From: an uncultured delta proteobacterium
Lineage (GTDB): Bacteria > Desulfobacterota > Binatia > Bin18
Direction of reading: 5' to 3'
NCBI GenBank assembly: GCA_963733195.1
Contig: CAVTCR010000053.1
Coordinates: forward strand, 38,439-102,438
Length of the DNA: 64,000 nt
Position 1 is the stretch's first letter, and each line of letters starts with the position of its first letter. The notes below the pieces were generated by a model that was not told the DNA's origin, did no database searches, and saw nothing but the letters and a program-made list of their open reading frames with translations. Below, one piece after another: positions 1 through 10,360 of this stretch. Position numbers and translations under genes: made by a program.

Positions 1-280
1 AAAATCAGAGGCGTTACCTCCTTTTCTGCTGTCATCAAAGTGTGGAGTTATTGCGTACTAGAGTAAGCGTCACTAGCTCAGTATTTACGAGAGCTGACGT
101 TGCATACCGCCCCATAGAAAATCGTGCCGCCCCAAGAATCTACCTTCTTTCTGTACGATTGGCAAACTTTTCGGCAAGAAATTTTCTTATCGAATCCTGT
201 CTCAGCACCATTGAGCGGTCACACAGTATTGCTTATGGTGATACAAACATAACATTGTGGCTCGCATGCAAGGAGTATAG

Positions 281-1309
281 ATGGAACAACATTGGTACGG
301 AAACCGTCCTCAGCTTTGGCTGATGGTGTTGTCGTTTGTCCTTGTTACCGCACCGACGGTACATGCCGAAGGTGTAACCTCATCATCTTGGGCGGTGCTT
401 AATGGTCGCAATATTACAGAAGCGGACCTATCTGCGGTCAACAATGGACAAACTGCGCGGACGATGCATAACCAAGTGTATCAAGCCCGCAAACAGGCGC
501 TTGATGCCTTTATTACGGACCAGTTACTGGTAGATGAAGCAAAGAAACGCGGCATATCGCGCGAGCAGCTTGTCCAACAAGAAGTTGATGCGAAAATCGC
601 AGAGCCGACAGCGGCAGAAATTGAACAACTCTATAATGCGAACAAAGCACGTCTCGGTGGGAAGTCACTTGAGGAATCAAAGCCCACTATTATTTCTCAT
701 CTCAAAGGCCAGAAGCGTCAGACGCAAATGCAAGACTTTGTCCGTAGTCTACGGCGAGCTGCCGGTGTCAAGATGTTGTTAAAACCTCCGCCGCTCAATG
801 TGACTCTTGATGGTGCGCCTACCCGTGGCCCGGCCACTGCTCCGGTGACGATTGTCGAGTTCTCAGATTTCCAATGACCGTACTGCGCTCGAGTTCAGTC
901 TGAACTCGCCAAGGTTCGTGAGATCTATAAAGATAAAGTCAAAATTGTGTACAAAGATTATCCTCTAGAATTTCACAAGGATGCACGGAAAGCAGCGGAA
1001 GCTTCTCACTGTGCCGGAGAGCAGGGGAAATATTGGGAGTACCATGACGTACTGTTTGCGAACACCAACGCTCTTGGTGTTGCCAATCTTAAGAAATATG
1101 CAACCGACCTAAAATTGGAAGTGAATCAGTTCACTACCTGCTTAGACAGTGGGAAGTATGCAGCAGCGATTACCAAGGATACTGCTGAGGGAGTCCAGGC
1201 TGGGGTAACTGGGACACCGGCGTTTTTCATCAATGGTCGTTTCCTTTCTGGAGCCCAACCGTTCGCGTCGTTCCAGGATGCAATTGAGGAAGTGCTGGAA
1301 ACGCAGTGA
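281..1309 (+). CDS. Secreted SurA-N-like + DsbA/thioredoxin-fold oxidoreductase, predicted selenoprotein (UPYC active site, Sec at TGA 875-877)
   Basis: ORFs 281..877 and 947..1309 are in the same frame, separated only by TGA. Read-through gives VTIVEFSDFQ-U-PYCARVQSELAKVREIYKDKVKIVYKDYPL, i.e. DsbA FxDFxCPYC with the first Cys as TGA. cis-Pro motif GTPAF. Signal peptide ending VHA. Confidence 0.85.
878..910 (+). promoter_or_regulatory. Putative bacterial SECIS element
   Basis: 8-bp stem CGAGTTCA(890-897)/TGAACTCG(901-908) with apical GTC about 20 nt after the TGA. CAGUCUG resembles the CAGGUCUG top of the E. coli fdhF SECIS. Confidence 0.7.
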
Positions 1310-1428
1310 AAGACTGAGGACTGAGTGCTCAGGACTGAGTTTAGAAAGTTTCAAGTTTAACGTTTAAGGTTCAAAGTTTACGGATTACGTTTTACGCATC
1401 ACATTTTACGCTTTGCACTTTGCAACTG
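1308..1428. repeat. Degenerate heptamer tandem repeat tract
   Basis: Units GACTGAG-like, then AAGTTTC/AAGTTTA/ACGTTTA/AGGTTCA, then ACGGATT/ACGTTTT/ACGCATC/ACATTTT/ACGCTTT/GCACTTT. The 7-nt period persists while the unit drifts. Confidence 0.75.
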
Positions 1429-1493
1429 ATCGTCCTTCTCCGTCTGCTGTACCCCTCTTGGCGGGTCAGAAACGGCTATGGTAATTGTTGCGC

Positions 1494-2703
1494 ATGGCTG
1501 ACAACACAACCAAAACTGAACGTCGAGTGACGCCGGGTGCACCACCACCCCGACCAACTACTATCACCCCTCGAACTTGGCCGCTCTTGGCGATCCGCAT
1601 CCTTGCCTTCGTGGGGATGTGTATTGCCGTGTATTTATCCGTTCTTCATTACCAGGCTGGCACGCACGGAACCTTCGCTTCGCCTTTGTGCACCATCAGT
1701 TCGACAATTAACTGCAACGCCGTCTTAGGGAGTGTCTACGCGCGGCTCTTTGGCGTGCCGATTGCCACTTGGGCAGCGCTCACCTATGCCGCCATATTGG
1801 GTGTGTCTTTCCTTGGTTCGATTAGTGTTCTCGTTTTTTTGTGTAGCTGGTCTTTCATTTTCTCTCTCTACATGGCCGGTCTCTCGCTGTTCACTCTTCA
1901 GGCGGGATGCCTCTTCTGCATGAGCTTGTATGCCGTTAATATCGGCCTCTTCATCAGTGCGCTTGCACTGACCAAGCAGGCGAGGAATTTTAGTTTTCGG
2001 CAGTTGCAGTATGGCCTTGCGGCATGTGTAGTCCTGGCTCTCGCGTTCGGTTGGGCACAAGCGAAACTTGCCGATACAATTACTCCCCCCGGAGGTCTCT
2101 TCAGACAAAGGCTTCACGGAAACCTATGACAAACTACGTCAGGTCACGCTCAACGTTGCAGAGAGAAACACCAAAGGTTCACCACAAGCGGCAGTAACCA
2201 TCAGTGAATTTCTTGACTTTCGCTGTCCCGCATGTGCCCGCGCTCGTGAGACGCTCTCAAAACTTGTCGAAAAGTATCCCAACGACGTGCGTGTGGTTTT
2301 TCATTCGTACCCACTCGACAACGAATGCAATTCCAGCCTGCCACAGCAAGTGCATGCTGCGTCCTGCCTGGCATCCTATGCCGCGGAGTGTGCCAGTGAA
2401 CAAGGAAAGTTCTGGGAATTTGCTGATCGGTTGTTTGCCGATCAGCAACGAGTATTCTCCCGTCCAGACCTTGAAGTTCATGCGGGCGCCGTAGGGCTCG
2501 ACATCAATAGCTTCAACACGTGTATGAACAGCGGGCAGACGAAAGGGATAGTTCGCCGGGATGTTGAGGAAGGAATACGTATCGGTGTGAATGCAACGCC
2601 TACACTAGTGATCAACGGACGCGTCGCTGAAGGGCTACCCACTCCTGAACAGTTTGACACCATCGTCGCAATTGAGAAGCAACGAGCGATGGCAAGCAAG
2701 TGA
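1494..2703 (+). CDS. Vitamin K epoxide reductase (VKOR)-DsbA fusion (frameshift near C-run 2085-2090)
   Basis: VKOR loop cysteines LCTISSTINCNAVLGS, CLFC motif and TM helices in 1485..2129. DsbA domain FLDFRCPAC...NATPT in overlapping ORF 2068..2703. Confidence 0.85.
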
Positions 2704-2753
2704 TGAGGACTGAGGACTGAGTCGACGAGGACTAAGGACTGAGGACTCAGTCA
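2702..2753. repeat. (TGAGGAC)n heptamer arm, downstream flank of four-helix-bundle gene
   Basis: tgaggac tgaggac tgagtcg acgaggac taaggac tgaggac; reverse complement of the arm at 3168-3200. Confidence 0.8.
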
Positions 2754-3167
2754 GAAGTTTCCTCGTTGTTCAGATTTCTCTGTTTCTCGACTGAGACGCG
2801 TAAGCCTCCAACAATACGAGCCAAGTTCTTCTGGCCAAGGACAAGAGCGTATCAAAAGTCGATTGGTCAAGTATGGCCAACGTCGAGAGCGACGTAAAGC
2901 TGAGACCGAACTTCAGCGCAGGATGCTTTTGCCACAGAGAGCAAATTGGTGGAATTCTCCACGTCCTCCTCGTTCAAATCCTTCGGCAATATTCGACATG
3001 ATAGACACTGCAGCGCGTTGGATTTGCCCTGAGAGTCCAAAGTCTTTGGCGAAAGAGCCTTTCTGGGTGATCGCATAGATTTCTCGGGTGAGGATTCTTG
3101 CCTTCTGCCATGCTACCAAATCCTCAAACCGCTCGATACGTTTGACTCGATCAGCTTTATTCTCCAT
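2747..3167 (-). CDS. Four helix bundle protein (23S rRNA intervening-sequence protein family), frameshifted
   Basis: [10 protein letters not shown]...[27 protein letters not shown], continuing in shifted frames as [17 protein letters not shown]...RIVGGL to TGA at 2747-2749. Confidence 0.85.
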
Positions 3168-3200
3168 ACTCAGTCCTCATTACTCAGTCACTCAGTCCTT
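3168..3200. repeat. (CTCAGTC)n heptamer arm, upstream flank of four-helix-bundle gene
   Basis: actcagtcctcattactcagtcactcagtcctt directly abutting the ATG. Confidence 0.8.
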
Positions 3201-3202
3201 TC

Positions 3203-3874
3203 CTACGCGACGATGACATGCTCCTTCGTAATAATCACCGGAAGTTTCCCTGGTGCAATGAAGTTGGGCTCATCGGCTCGTGTGCGGTCATATTCTGGTG
3301 TGGTCGCTGAGACACGCATCGCTTGTGTATCGTCGAACCAGGTGATGGCGACACCATCGTATGCTGGAGCTTTCCCACTCTTATATGCTGACAGTCGCGT
3401 GTGGCTTTGCACGTAACGGCGAACCACAGGAATTGAAGCACCAAGTGGGCCATGAATTTCTCGCCAGTGTTTTTGAAACGCTTCGATCACCATGCCAGGT
3501 TTGTGGGTGACGAACTCAATGTTTTTTACTCCATCAGACGGAATCGCCCCGTTTTTGATCACGTGTTCCTCTGTAATGATCTGACCCATGGTTGAACGAT
3601 CAATGAAGTTGAGTTCGTCAGTTTGGGTCGCAGCCAATTCTGCTGTATTGGTTAACGCTCGCAAGGCATTCGTGTCGTCGTACCAAAGCTCGGCAGTTCC
3701 ATCATAAACAGGTTCTCCCTTCCGATAGCCGGACACCAAGGTGTGTGATTGTACGTAACGGCGAAGGCCTGGAAGTCTCTTGACGACCTCAGCATGCGTC
3801 GTCCGCCAATATTTCTGGAAATCTTCTACTGCCATCCCAGGTTTACGTTTGAAAAAAGCGACAACTTTGACCAT
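3203..3874 (-). CDS. Tandem EthD-domain protein
   Basis: Two copies of KPGM..E.FQ.YW...H....P..RRYVQSH...YDG..E/I.W.DD. Confidence 0.85.
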   Translation of the reverse strand: MVKVVAFFKRKPGMAVEDFQKYWRTTHAEVVKRLPGLRRYVQSHTLVSGYRKGEPVYDGTAELWYDDTNALRALTNTAELAATQTDELNFIDRSTMGQIITEEHVIKNGAIPSDGVKNIEFVTHKPGMVIEAFQKHWREIHGPLGASIPVVRRYVQSHTRLSAYKSGKAPAYDGVAITWFDDTQAMRVSATTPEYDRTRADEPNFIAPGKLPVIITKEHVIVA

Positions 3875-4108
3875 GTTCTAACGCCTCCTTTGAAAATATA
3901 TGAGTGTAATTGCATGATGGGTTGTAGTCTGGAAAGAACAAGAGGGTCAAGGGAAGCCTCACGATCCATTGAGCGTGTATCAGCGAAAGCGTATAAGGGG
4001 CCAAAAGAATAAAACGTGGAACGTAAGAGAAAAAAGAAGAGCGTGGTTACGCATCACGTATCACGTACTACGTCTCAGGCTTGACATTTTACGCGCTAAG
4101 GAGAATCA

Positions 4109-5149
4109 ATGCTTTCCATTGGCTACATGCCGGACACGCACGGTGGTCCCTATGAACAAGCGGAACCAGAGGCTGAGCGTTCAGCGAACTTTGCCGCGCA
4201 GCTCTTGCAAGAATCCGAACAAGCCGAACGTTCTGGATTCGATGGGGTCTTCGTACCAGAGAGACACGCCCGACCTGAGTGCATGTTTCCGGCACCAACG
4301 ACGCTTCTCGCTGCGATCGCAGCGCGCACACAACGAGTGAAACTCGGTACCTATGTGCTGATGCCACCACTCTACAATCCGGTCCAGTTGGCCGAAGAGA
4401 CGGCGATGATCGATCTAGTATCGCGTGGCCGTCTGATTTTGGGTCTCGGAGTCGGCTACCATCCTCGGTACTTCGATCATGTTGGTGTACCGATCAAGCA
4501 ACGAGAAGGACGGTTTGAAGAATGCCTAGCGGTGATGCGCCAAGCGTGGACCACTACTGGTCCCTCTCCGTTTCATGGTCGCTATTATCACTATGACGCT
4601 ATCCATCTGACCCCGAAGCCGTACCAGAAACCACATCCCCCAGTCTGGATCGGCGCATTTGGCCCGAAGTCGATTGCCCGTGCCGGACGACTAGGTGAAG
4701 TGTGGGGAGCTGCGCCGTTTCTTGACACCGTCGATGCAGTCAAAGAGCAGCTCGATATCTATCGTGAGGCGGCAGTGAAAGCTGGAAGAACGCCGCGCGT
4801 GGCACTGCTCCGTGATGGTTGGCTCGCGTCAAGTATGGAGGAAGCCGAGCAAACTTTTGGTCGCTTGTGGGTCGAGGAATGTAAATTCTATTTTCGTTGG
4901 GGGATGCTCGCGCCTACGCCTGAGTTCCGTTCAGAATCGGACTTCACGGTGAAAAGTGTTCGACGACACATGGTGTTAGGTACGGCGGCTGATTGGCTCG
5001 AACAACTCCAGTATTGGCAGACACTTTTCGGCGCTGAATGGCTCATACTCCGCTGTCGTCTTCCGCTTGGCCCAGGTCCTGAACAGACACACGAATGTAT
5101 CCAACGGTTAGGGGAGGAAGTGTTACCGCGACTAAAACGTGAAGCGTGA
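4109..5149 (+). CDS. LLM class flavin-dependent oxidoreductase (luciferase-like)
   Basis: GFDGVFVPERH, LAAIAARTQRVKLGT, NPVQLAEETAMIDLVSRGRLILGLGVGY, PKPYQKPHPPVWIG. Confidence 0.9.
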   Translation: MLSIGYMPDTHGGPYEQAEPEAERSANFAAQLLQESEQAERSGFDGVFVPERHARPECMFPAPTTLLAAIAARTQRVKLGTYVLMPPLYNPVQLAEETAMIDLVSRGRLILGLGVGYHPRYFDHVGVPIKQREGRFEECLAVMRQAWTTTGPSPFHGRYYHYDAIHLTPKPYQKPHPPVWIGAFGPKSIARAGRLGEVWGAAPFLDTVDAVKEQLDIYREAAVKAGRTPRVALLRDGWLASSMEEAEQTFGRLWVEECKFYFRWGMLAPTPEFRSESDFTVKSVRRHMVLGTAADWLEQLQYWQTLFGAEWLILRCRLPLGPGPEQTHECIQRLGEEVLPRLKREA

Positions 5150-5267
5150 AAGGTGACTACTCCATTTCCCCCTACGGTTTACGCATTACGTTTTACGCAT
5201 CACACCTGACGTGCTACGTGGTGCGTGTTCAGCTTGATTATTCTGTAGTAGAGGAGACCTCAAGAAT

Positions 5268-6460
5268 ATGGACTTCGAATATACCCCCGAACAAGAAGCG
5301 TTTCGTGTGAAGGTCCGCGAGTATGGCTAGAAAAGAATTTATCGAAAGAGTTATGTGTGGATGACCCGCGCGATGAACGGATCGCGCCAGACTATGAGAC
5401 CTTCGTCAAGCGTCGCGCTTGGCAGCGAAAGATGTATGAGGCTGGCTGGGTCGGTATTGCCTGGCCAAAAGAGTACGGCGGACAGGGAGCAAGCCTTTTG
5501 GAACAAGTCATTTTCGATGAAGAGTATACACGTGTTCGGGCACCGGTCTTACCCGGAACGTCCGGTTTGGCGCTGTGTGGGCCGACCTTAGCGCAGTGGG
5601 GCACGAGTGAACAAAAGCAGCGCTTCCTTCCTCGCATCCTGAGCGGAGATGACATCTGGTGCCAGGGCTATTCTGAACCTGGTGCAGGATCGGATCTCGC
5701 TGGGTTGCAGACGCGAGCCGTGGAAGATGGCGATTTCTTCATTGTCAATGGGCAGAAAGTGTGGACCTCTGGAGCGCAATACGCCAACTGGATATTCATG
5801 CTGGTGCGTACTGATCCGAACGCGGCAAAGCATAACGGTATTAGCTATCTGTTAGTTGATATGAAAACCCCCGGGATCACAGTGCGTCCGCTAGTACTGG
5901 CGAACGGTCATGCACATTTCAATGAGGTCTTCTTCGAGGATGTTCGTGTTCCTAAAGCGAATCTCGTTGGCCCGCAAAACCAAGGCTGGAAAGTGACTAT
6001 CACCACCTTGATGTTTGAGCGAACGATGGCCGGAGGCGGCAACTATGCTGACCAAATTCAGCGACTGGCTGTGCTTGCTAAACAGATGCCGATTGATGGC
6101 CGCCCGGCGTGGGAACAAAGCTGGGTGAGACAGAAAATCGCTCAGTTATGGATTGAAGGTGAAAGCCTAAAATATACGCGGCTCCGAGGTTTGACGCGCC
6201 AACTTAAAGGGCAGCCACCGGGACCGGAAGGGTCGATGCTCAAACTCTGTGGCTCTGAAATTGGCATCCGCATCGCGCAATTCGCCAGTGAGCTGCTTGG
6301 TGCTAATGCCATCGTCAATGATGCGATGGAAGATGTTCCCGATGCGCCACGTTGGTTTAATCGTCTCCTAAGTGCTCGGCAGTACACCATCGCCGGTGGC
6401 ACCAGTGAGATTCAGCGAAACATCATGGGCGAGCGGGTTTTAGGGTTGCCGAAGGGGTAA
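5268..6460 (+). CDS. Acyl-CoA dehydrogenase (FadE-like; frameshift near 5325)
   Basis: MDFEYTPEQEAFR start after GAGGAG; WCQGYSEPGAGSDLA, NGQKVWTS, TIAGGTSEIQRN. Confidence 0.9.
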
Positions 6461-6621
6461 GGCAGTAGTTTGTCTACTCTTGTGTATCTGGTATGAGAAT
6501 GTTGATAGCGGACCAGGGGTCGCCGTCACCCATTTTGCCATTTCGCCTTTCCCCCTTATTCTTCTTTTCTGAACGTGGTAATGAAGCCTTCCGCCAGCCC
6601 TTAATTGAAGGAGAAATAAAC

Positions 6622-7077
6622 ATGGCCGGTAAATACTTTGATGAACTTACTGTCGGCGATGTGTTCAAACATCAGCCCGGACGAACGGTGACAGAAACAG
6701 ACAACTTGCTGTTTAGCACGCTGACGCTCAACATGCAGCCGCTTCATCTCGATGCCGAATTCTCTAAGAACGCGGAGTTTGGCCAACGTTTAGTCAATAG
6801 TATTTTTACCCTTGGTCTTGCCGTTGGCGTGTCAGTGGCGGATACCACATTCGGGACAACAGTTGGCAATCTTGGCTTCGAGAAAGTCGAGTTTCCCAAG
6901 CCCGTGTTCATCGGCGACACCATTTACGCAGAGACAGAAGTGGTCGAGAAGCGAGAGTCAAAATCCCGCCCACAGTGGGGCATTGTCGTCTTCGAGCATC
7001 GTGCGACTAACCAACGTGGCGAAGTGGTGATGAAGTGTCGTCGCGCAGGAATGATGCGGAAGAAAAATAGTAACTAG
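6622..7077 (+). CDS. MaoC family (hotdog) dehydratase
   Basis: [34 protein letters not shown]; RBS GAAGGAG. Confidence 0.9.
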   Translation: MAGKYFDELTVGDVFKHQPGRTVTETDNLLFSTLTLNMQPLHLDAEFSKNAEFGQRLVNSIFTLGLAVGVSVADTTFGTTVGNLGFEKVEFPKPVFIGDTIYAETEVVEKRESKSRPQWGIVVFEHRATNQRGEVVMKCRRAGMMRKKNSN

Positions 7078-7195
7078 TGAAGAATTAAGAGTGAAGAATT
7101 AAGTAAGTTAAGAGCGAAAGAGAGAAGAACGGGAAAGCCGAGGTGCTGTGTCTCTCTTTCAGAAATTCTCCATTCTTAATTTTTAACTCTTAATT
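7075..7195. repeat. Inverted heptamer repeat spacer
   Basis: Purine arm GTGAAGA/ATTAAGA/GTTAAGA followed by complementary arm TCTTAAT/TTTTAAC/TCTTAAT. Confidence 0.75.
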
Positions 7196-7208
7196 GCCGG
7201 AGGTTATC

Positions 7209-8099
7209 ATGTCCCGTCTACGCCGCGCCGTGCATTTTGTTCCTGGCGCGAATGACAAAATGTTACAGAAGGCCCTGGCTCTGCCAGCGGATTCGTTAGT
7301 ATTAGATTTGGAAGATTCAGTCACGCCCGAGAATAAGGATTCTGCCCGTGATGTCGTTACTAAATGGCTGAAAACGGTCAACTTCGGTCGCCAGGAACGC
7401 ATGGTACGCATGAATCCTCTTGATACACCTTGGGGGGTGCCGGACCTGGAAGCGACAATGGAAGGGCGGCCAGATTCCTATCTGGTGCCTAAGGTGCGTA
7501 CCAAAGACGATTTGCTGAAGATCGACACCATTCTCAGCCGCCGCGAGCGAGATCTCAATCTTCCTTCCGGCAGAGTCAAGCTCGTTGTGTTGGCGACCGA
7601 GACCCCGCAGGGTCTACTCAATATCCGTGACTTCGGTGCCTGCCCGCGCGTCGATGCGCTTTCTTGGGGTGCAGAGGATTTGTCGGCATCAATCGGTGCG
7701 CGGCGCAATCGCGATGAACACGGACAGTTTCTTGAAGTGTTCCGCTATGCCCGTATCATGACACTCTTAGCAGCGACAGCTGCGAATGTTCAGCCACTTG
7801 ATACAGTCTATGTTGACATCAATGATGCCGAAGGGCTCCGTCGTGATTGTCTTGAAGGTGCCTGGATGGGATTTACTGGCAAGATCACCATTCACCCTAC
7901 GCAAATCAATGTGGTGAATGAAATCTTCACTCCATCAGCTGAAGAGATCGCTGAAAGTAAGGAGCTGCTTGCTGCGTTCGAGGAAAACCAGAAAGTCGGG
8001 AAAATGGCGTTTAGCTTCAAAGGTCAGATGGTCGACGTTCCGCACCTGACTCGTGCTCGAACGATACTGGAGCGCGCACGAGCGGCTGGCTTGGCGTAA
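7209..8099 (+). CDS. CitE-like CoA-ester lyase (HpcH/HpaI aldolase/citrate lyase family)
   Basis: RRAVHFVPG, LDLEDSV, VRMN, ETPQG, WGAEDL, GFTGKITIHPTQ, MVDVPH. Confidence 0.9.
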   Translation: MSRLRRAVHFVPGANDKMLQKALALPADSLVLDLEDSVTPENKDSARDVVTKWLKTVNFGRQERMVRMNPLDTPWGVPDLEATMEGRPDSYLVPKVRTKDDLLKIDTILSRRERDLNLPSGRVKLVVLATETPQGLLNIRDFGACPRVDALSWGAEDLSASIGARRNRDEHGQFLEVFRYARIMTLLAATAANVQPLDTVYVDINDAEGLRRDCLEGAWMGFTGKITIHPTQINVVNEIFTPSAEEIAESKELLAAFEENQKVGKMAFSFKGQMVDVPHLTRARTILERARAAGLA

Positions 8100-8279
8100 G
8101 CAAGGATGGAAACTAAGGATTGAGTGTGGAGCACAAAAATCAGGAGTCACCTGATAACAGTCAGGAAGAAAACCCTGGCAATGGATCGCGCGTGTCCTCG
8201 TTTTTCCTCTCGCCTTTTAGGTTCCAGGCGCAGTCCGCAGCGTTCGGACGTCACGACTGCTCCTAAGGAGATTGAGCGA

Positions 8280-9679
8280 ATGGTTGGCATCATAGTTGTG
8301 GGTATCACGTGCCATTCTGTCGTTTAGAGCGAGAAAAGATCGGCCAAGCCTGGGCGCGACGAGCAGGGAAGGGGGAACGCGCGGCAATCTATTTTGATGA
8401 GGATGCACTTACCCTCGGTTTGGAAGCTGCGCAGCGGTGTATCGAAGACAAAGGCAAGGCTGGAGTTGATGGCTTGTACTTTGCCTCAACCTCCGCGCCT
8501 TTTCGGCAACGATCCTCGGCTAGCTTTATGGCTGCAGCTTGTGACTTGCCATCCGAATGTGAGACCAGTGATTTCAGTGGGACTCTTCGTTCGGCGACAG
8601 CGGCGCTTCGTGCCGGCTTTGACGCGTTGAGTAGTGGTCGGCTTTCTCGCGTCCTGATTGCTGCTGGTGAAGTACGGGACGGGCAACCAGAAGAAGGCGA
8701 AGAGGAATGGTTTGGTGATGCCGGTAGTGCAGTGATGCTTGGTCGCGACGGTGTAATTGCCGAGATTCTTGGAGTCGCGTCGCGGTCTGATGATCTCCTC
8801 GATGAATGGCGACGTGACACTGATGATTTTATTCAGACGCAATCCTCTCGCTTTGCCACGGAGCGTGGATATCAAGCCAATCTTGTTGCTGTTGGCCAAG
8901 CGTTAATGAAGAATCACGCGGTTCGTCCGCAGGATTGTGCAAAGATCATTCTCCCTTCACCTGATGGCCGAGCCCAAGTCAACGTTGCGAAAAAACTGGG
9001 GTTCCAGGATGCGCAAGTTCAGAATCCACTGTTTCAAGAGATTGGTGCGTGCGGAAGTGCGGCTCCCTTTCTCCTGCTTGCTGCAGCACTAGAAACGGCC
9101 AAACCAGGAGAACGGCTATTGCTGCTCAGTTATGGAGAAGGAGCTGATGGTTTTCTGTTGCGGGTGACCGATGAGATCGGCAAGCGCAAAATCTCACGGT
9201 CGCTGTCCGATCATCTTAGTGAAAAGCGTCTCTATCCCTCGTATACCATCTACAAGAAGATGCGGACCTACTTCGCGGAGAATGAGGACGGACCGGAACT
9301 GTCGAATGTGTTTCTCGCCAAAGAAGAGAAACAAAATGTGCGGCTGTATGGCACGCAGTGTATGCGGTGTGGTACGCGGCAGTATCCAATCGCACGCGTG
9401 TGCATCTCTTGTAAGAACCACGACTCACTCCAAGAGGTACCGCTCGAACGTACAGGCTCGGTGTTTACGTTCACTCGCGATCACCTCTATGTTGCTGCCG
9501 ATTCTCCGACCATCATGGGTGTTGTCGATGTGGACCAGGGAGGACGGCTCTATTTGCAAATGACCGATGTTGATCCAGAAGACGTCCGCATAGGAGACCA
9601 AGTCGTATTGACTCTCCGGCGACGCAAAGAAGGAGCAACGATGCACCACTACTATTGGAAATGTCGGCCTGCACGATGA
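8280..9679 (+). CDS. HMG-CoA synthase/KAS III-like domain fused to DUF35 Zn-ribbon/OB-fold (frameshift near start)
   Basis: ERAAIYFDEDALTLG, YFASTS, GDAGSA, SYGEGAD; C-terminal CMRC...CISC and OB-fold ending YYWK. Confidence 0.8.
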
Positions 9680-9680
9680 G

Positions 9681-9892
9681 GGTGTTGTCAACTTCTTGAG
9701 AGGCTTGCGCAGCTGCTGCGTGGTGTGACGTAATCAGGGCCTGGACATACGGTCTGGCATGACGAAAGACAAGAATCCCCGGGTTCCTGTCGCGATCCTC
9801 AGCTACGCCGTGTGGCTCTACTTTCGGTTTTGCCTGAGCTTTCGTGATGTCGAAGAATGACTGTTTGAACGGGGCGTCATTGTAACCTACGG
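9681..9892 (+). mobile_element. IS6-family transposase remnant (5' fragment)
   Basis: Translates PVAILSYAVWLYFRFCLSFRDVEE*LFERGVIVTY, the conserved IS6 transposase N-terminus, with an internal stop and truncation. GGTGTTGTCAAC at 9681 may be the left end. Confidence 0.7.
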
Positions 9893-9956
9893 GGGGATGC
9901 TGAGCCTGCCCTCGGTAGCAACTTAATATTCTCCTCTGTAAAAGAAAGCATACATT

Positions 9957-10360
9957 CTACGCAGCCTTTGCCACCGTACGCTTTGCGCGCCGCTTGCGTG
10001 TTGTCGGTTGAATGAAGCGAATCAGCTGGTATCTCCCACAAGGAGTGAAGCCGTCGGATCATGTCGAGCGGAGCGGACGTTTCCGATTCAAGATTTCTGA
10101 GACGCGGCTTGCTGCCGAGGAATCTTCTCCAAGTCTTAGGCGCGTGAGACCCATTCTGTCGCATGCGCAGCTCAGATAGCTGCGATTGGGTCTGGTGGAT
10201 CAATCCGCCAATGCTTCGCTTCATAGGCTTCTACTAACATTACTAAGATGTCCAGCCGGTCGCCTTCTGGAGTACCAGGATCGGCATCCATGAGAGTGTC
10301 AATCTCGGTTAACACTACGTCATAGTCAGCTTCAGTCTTGATCGGTTTAATCGCCTTCAT
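9957..10360 (-). CDS. higA: HigA-family HTH antitoxin (frameshifted)
   Basis: MKAIKPIKTEADYD...PGTPEGDRLDILVMLVEAYE...PDPIAAI...LDMIRRLHSLWEIPADSL; overlaps HigB stop. Confidence 0.8.

Noticed and set aside
158-178. Sigma54-like TGGCA...GGCA motif upstream of the Sec-DsbA gene
   Set aside because: The GG-to-GC spacing is off by one nucleotide from the strict -24/-12 requirement.
9858-9861. In-frame TGA in the IS6 fragment as a second Sec codon
   Set aside because: The position corresponds to a Leu/Met-type residue, not Cys, and the fragment is truncated.
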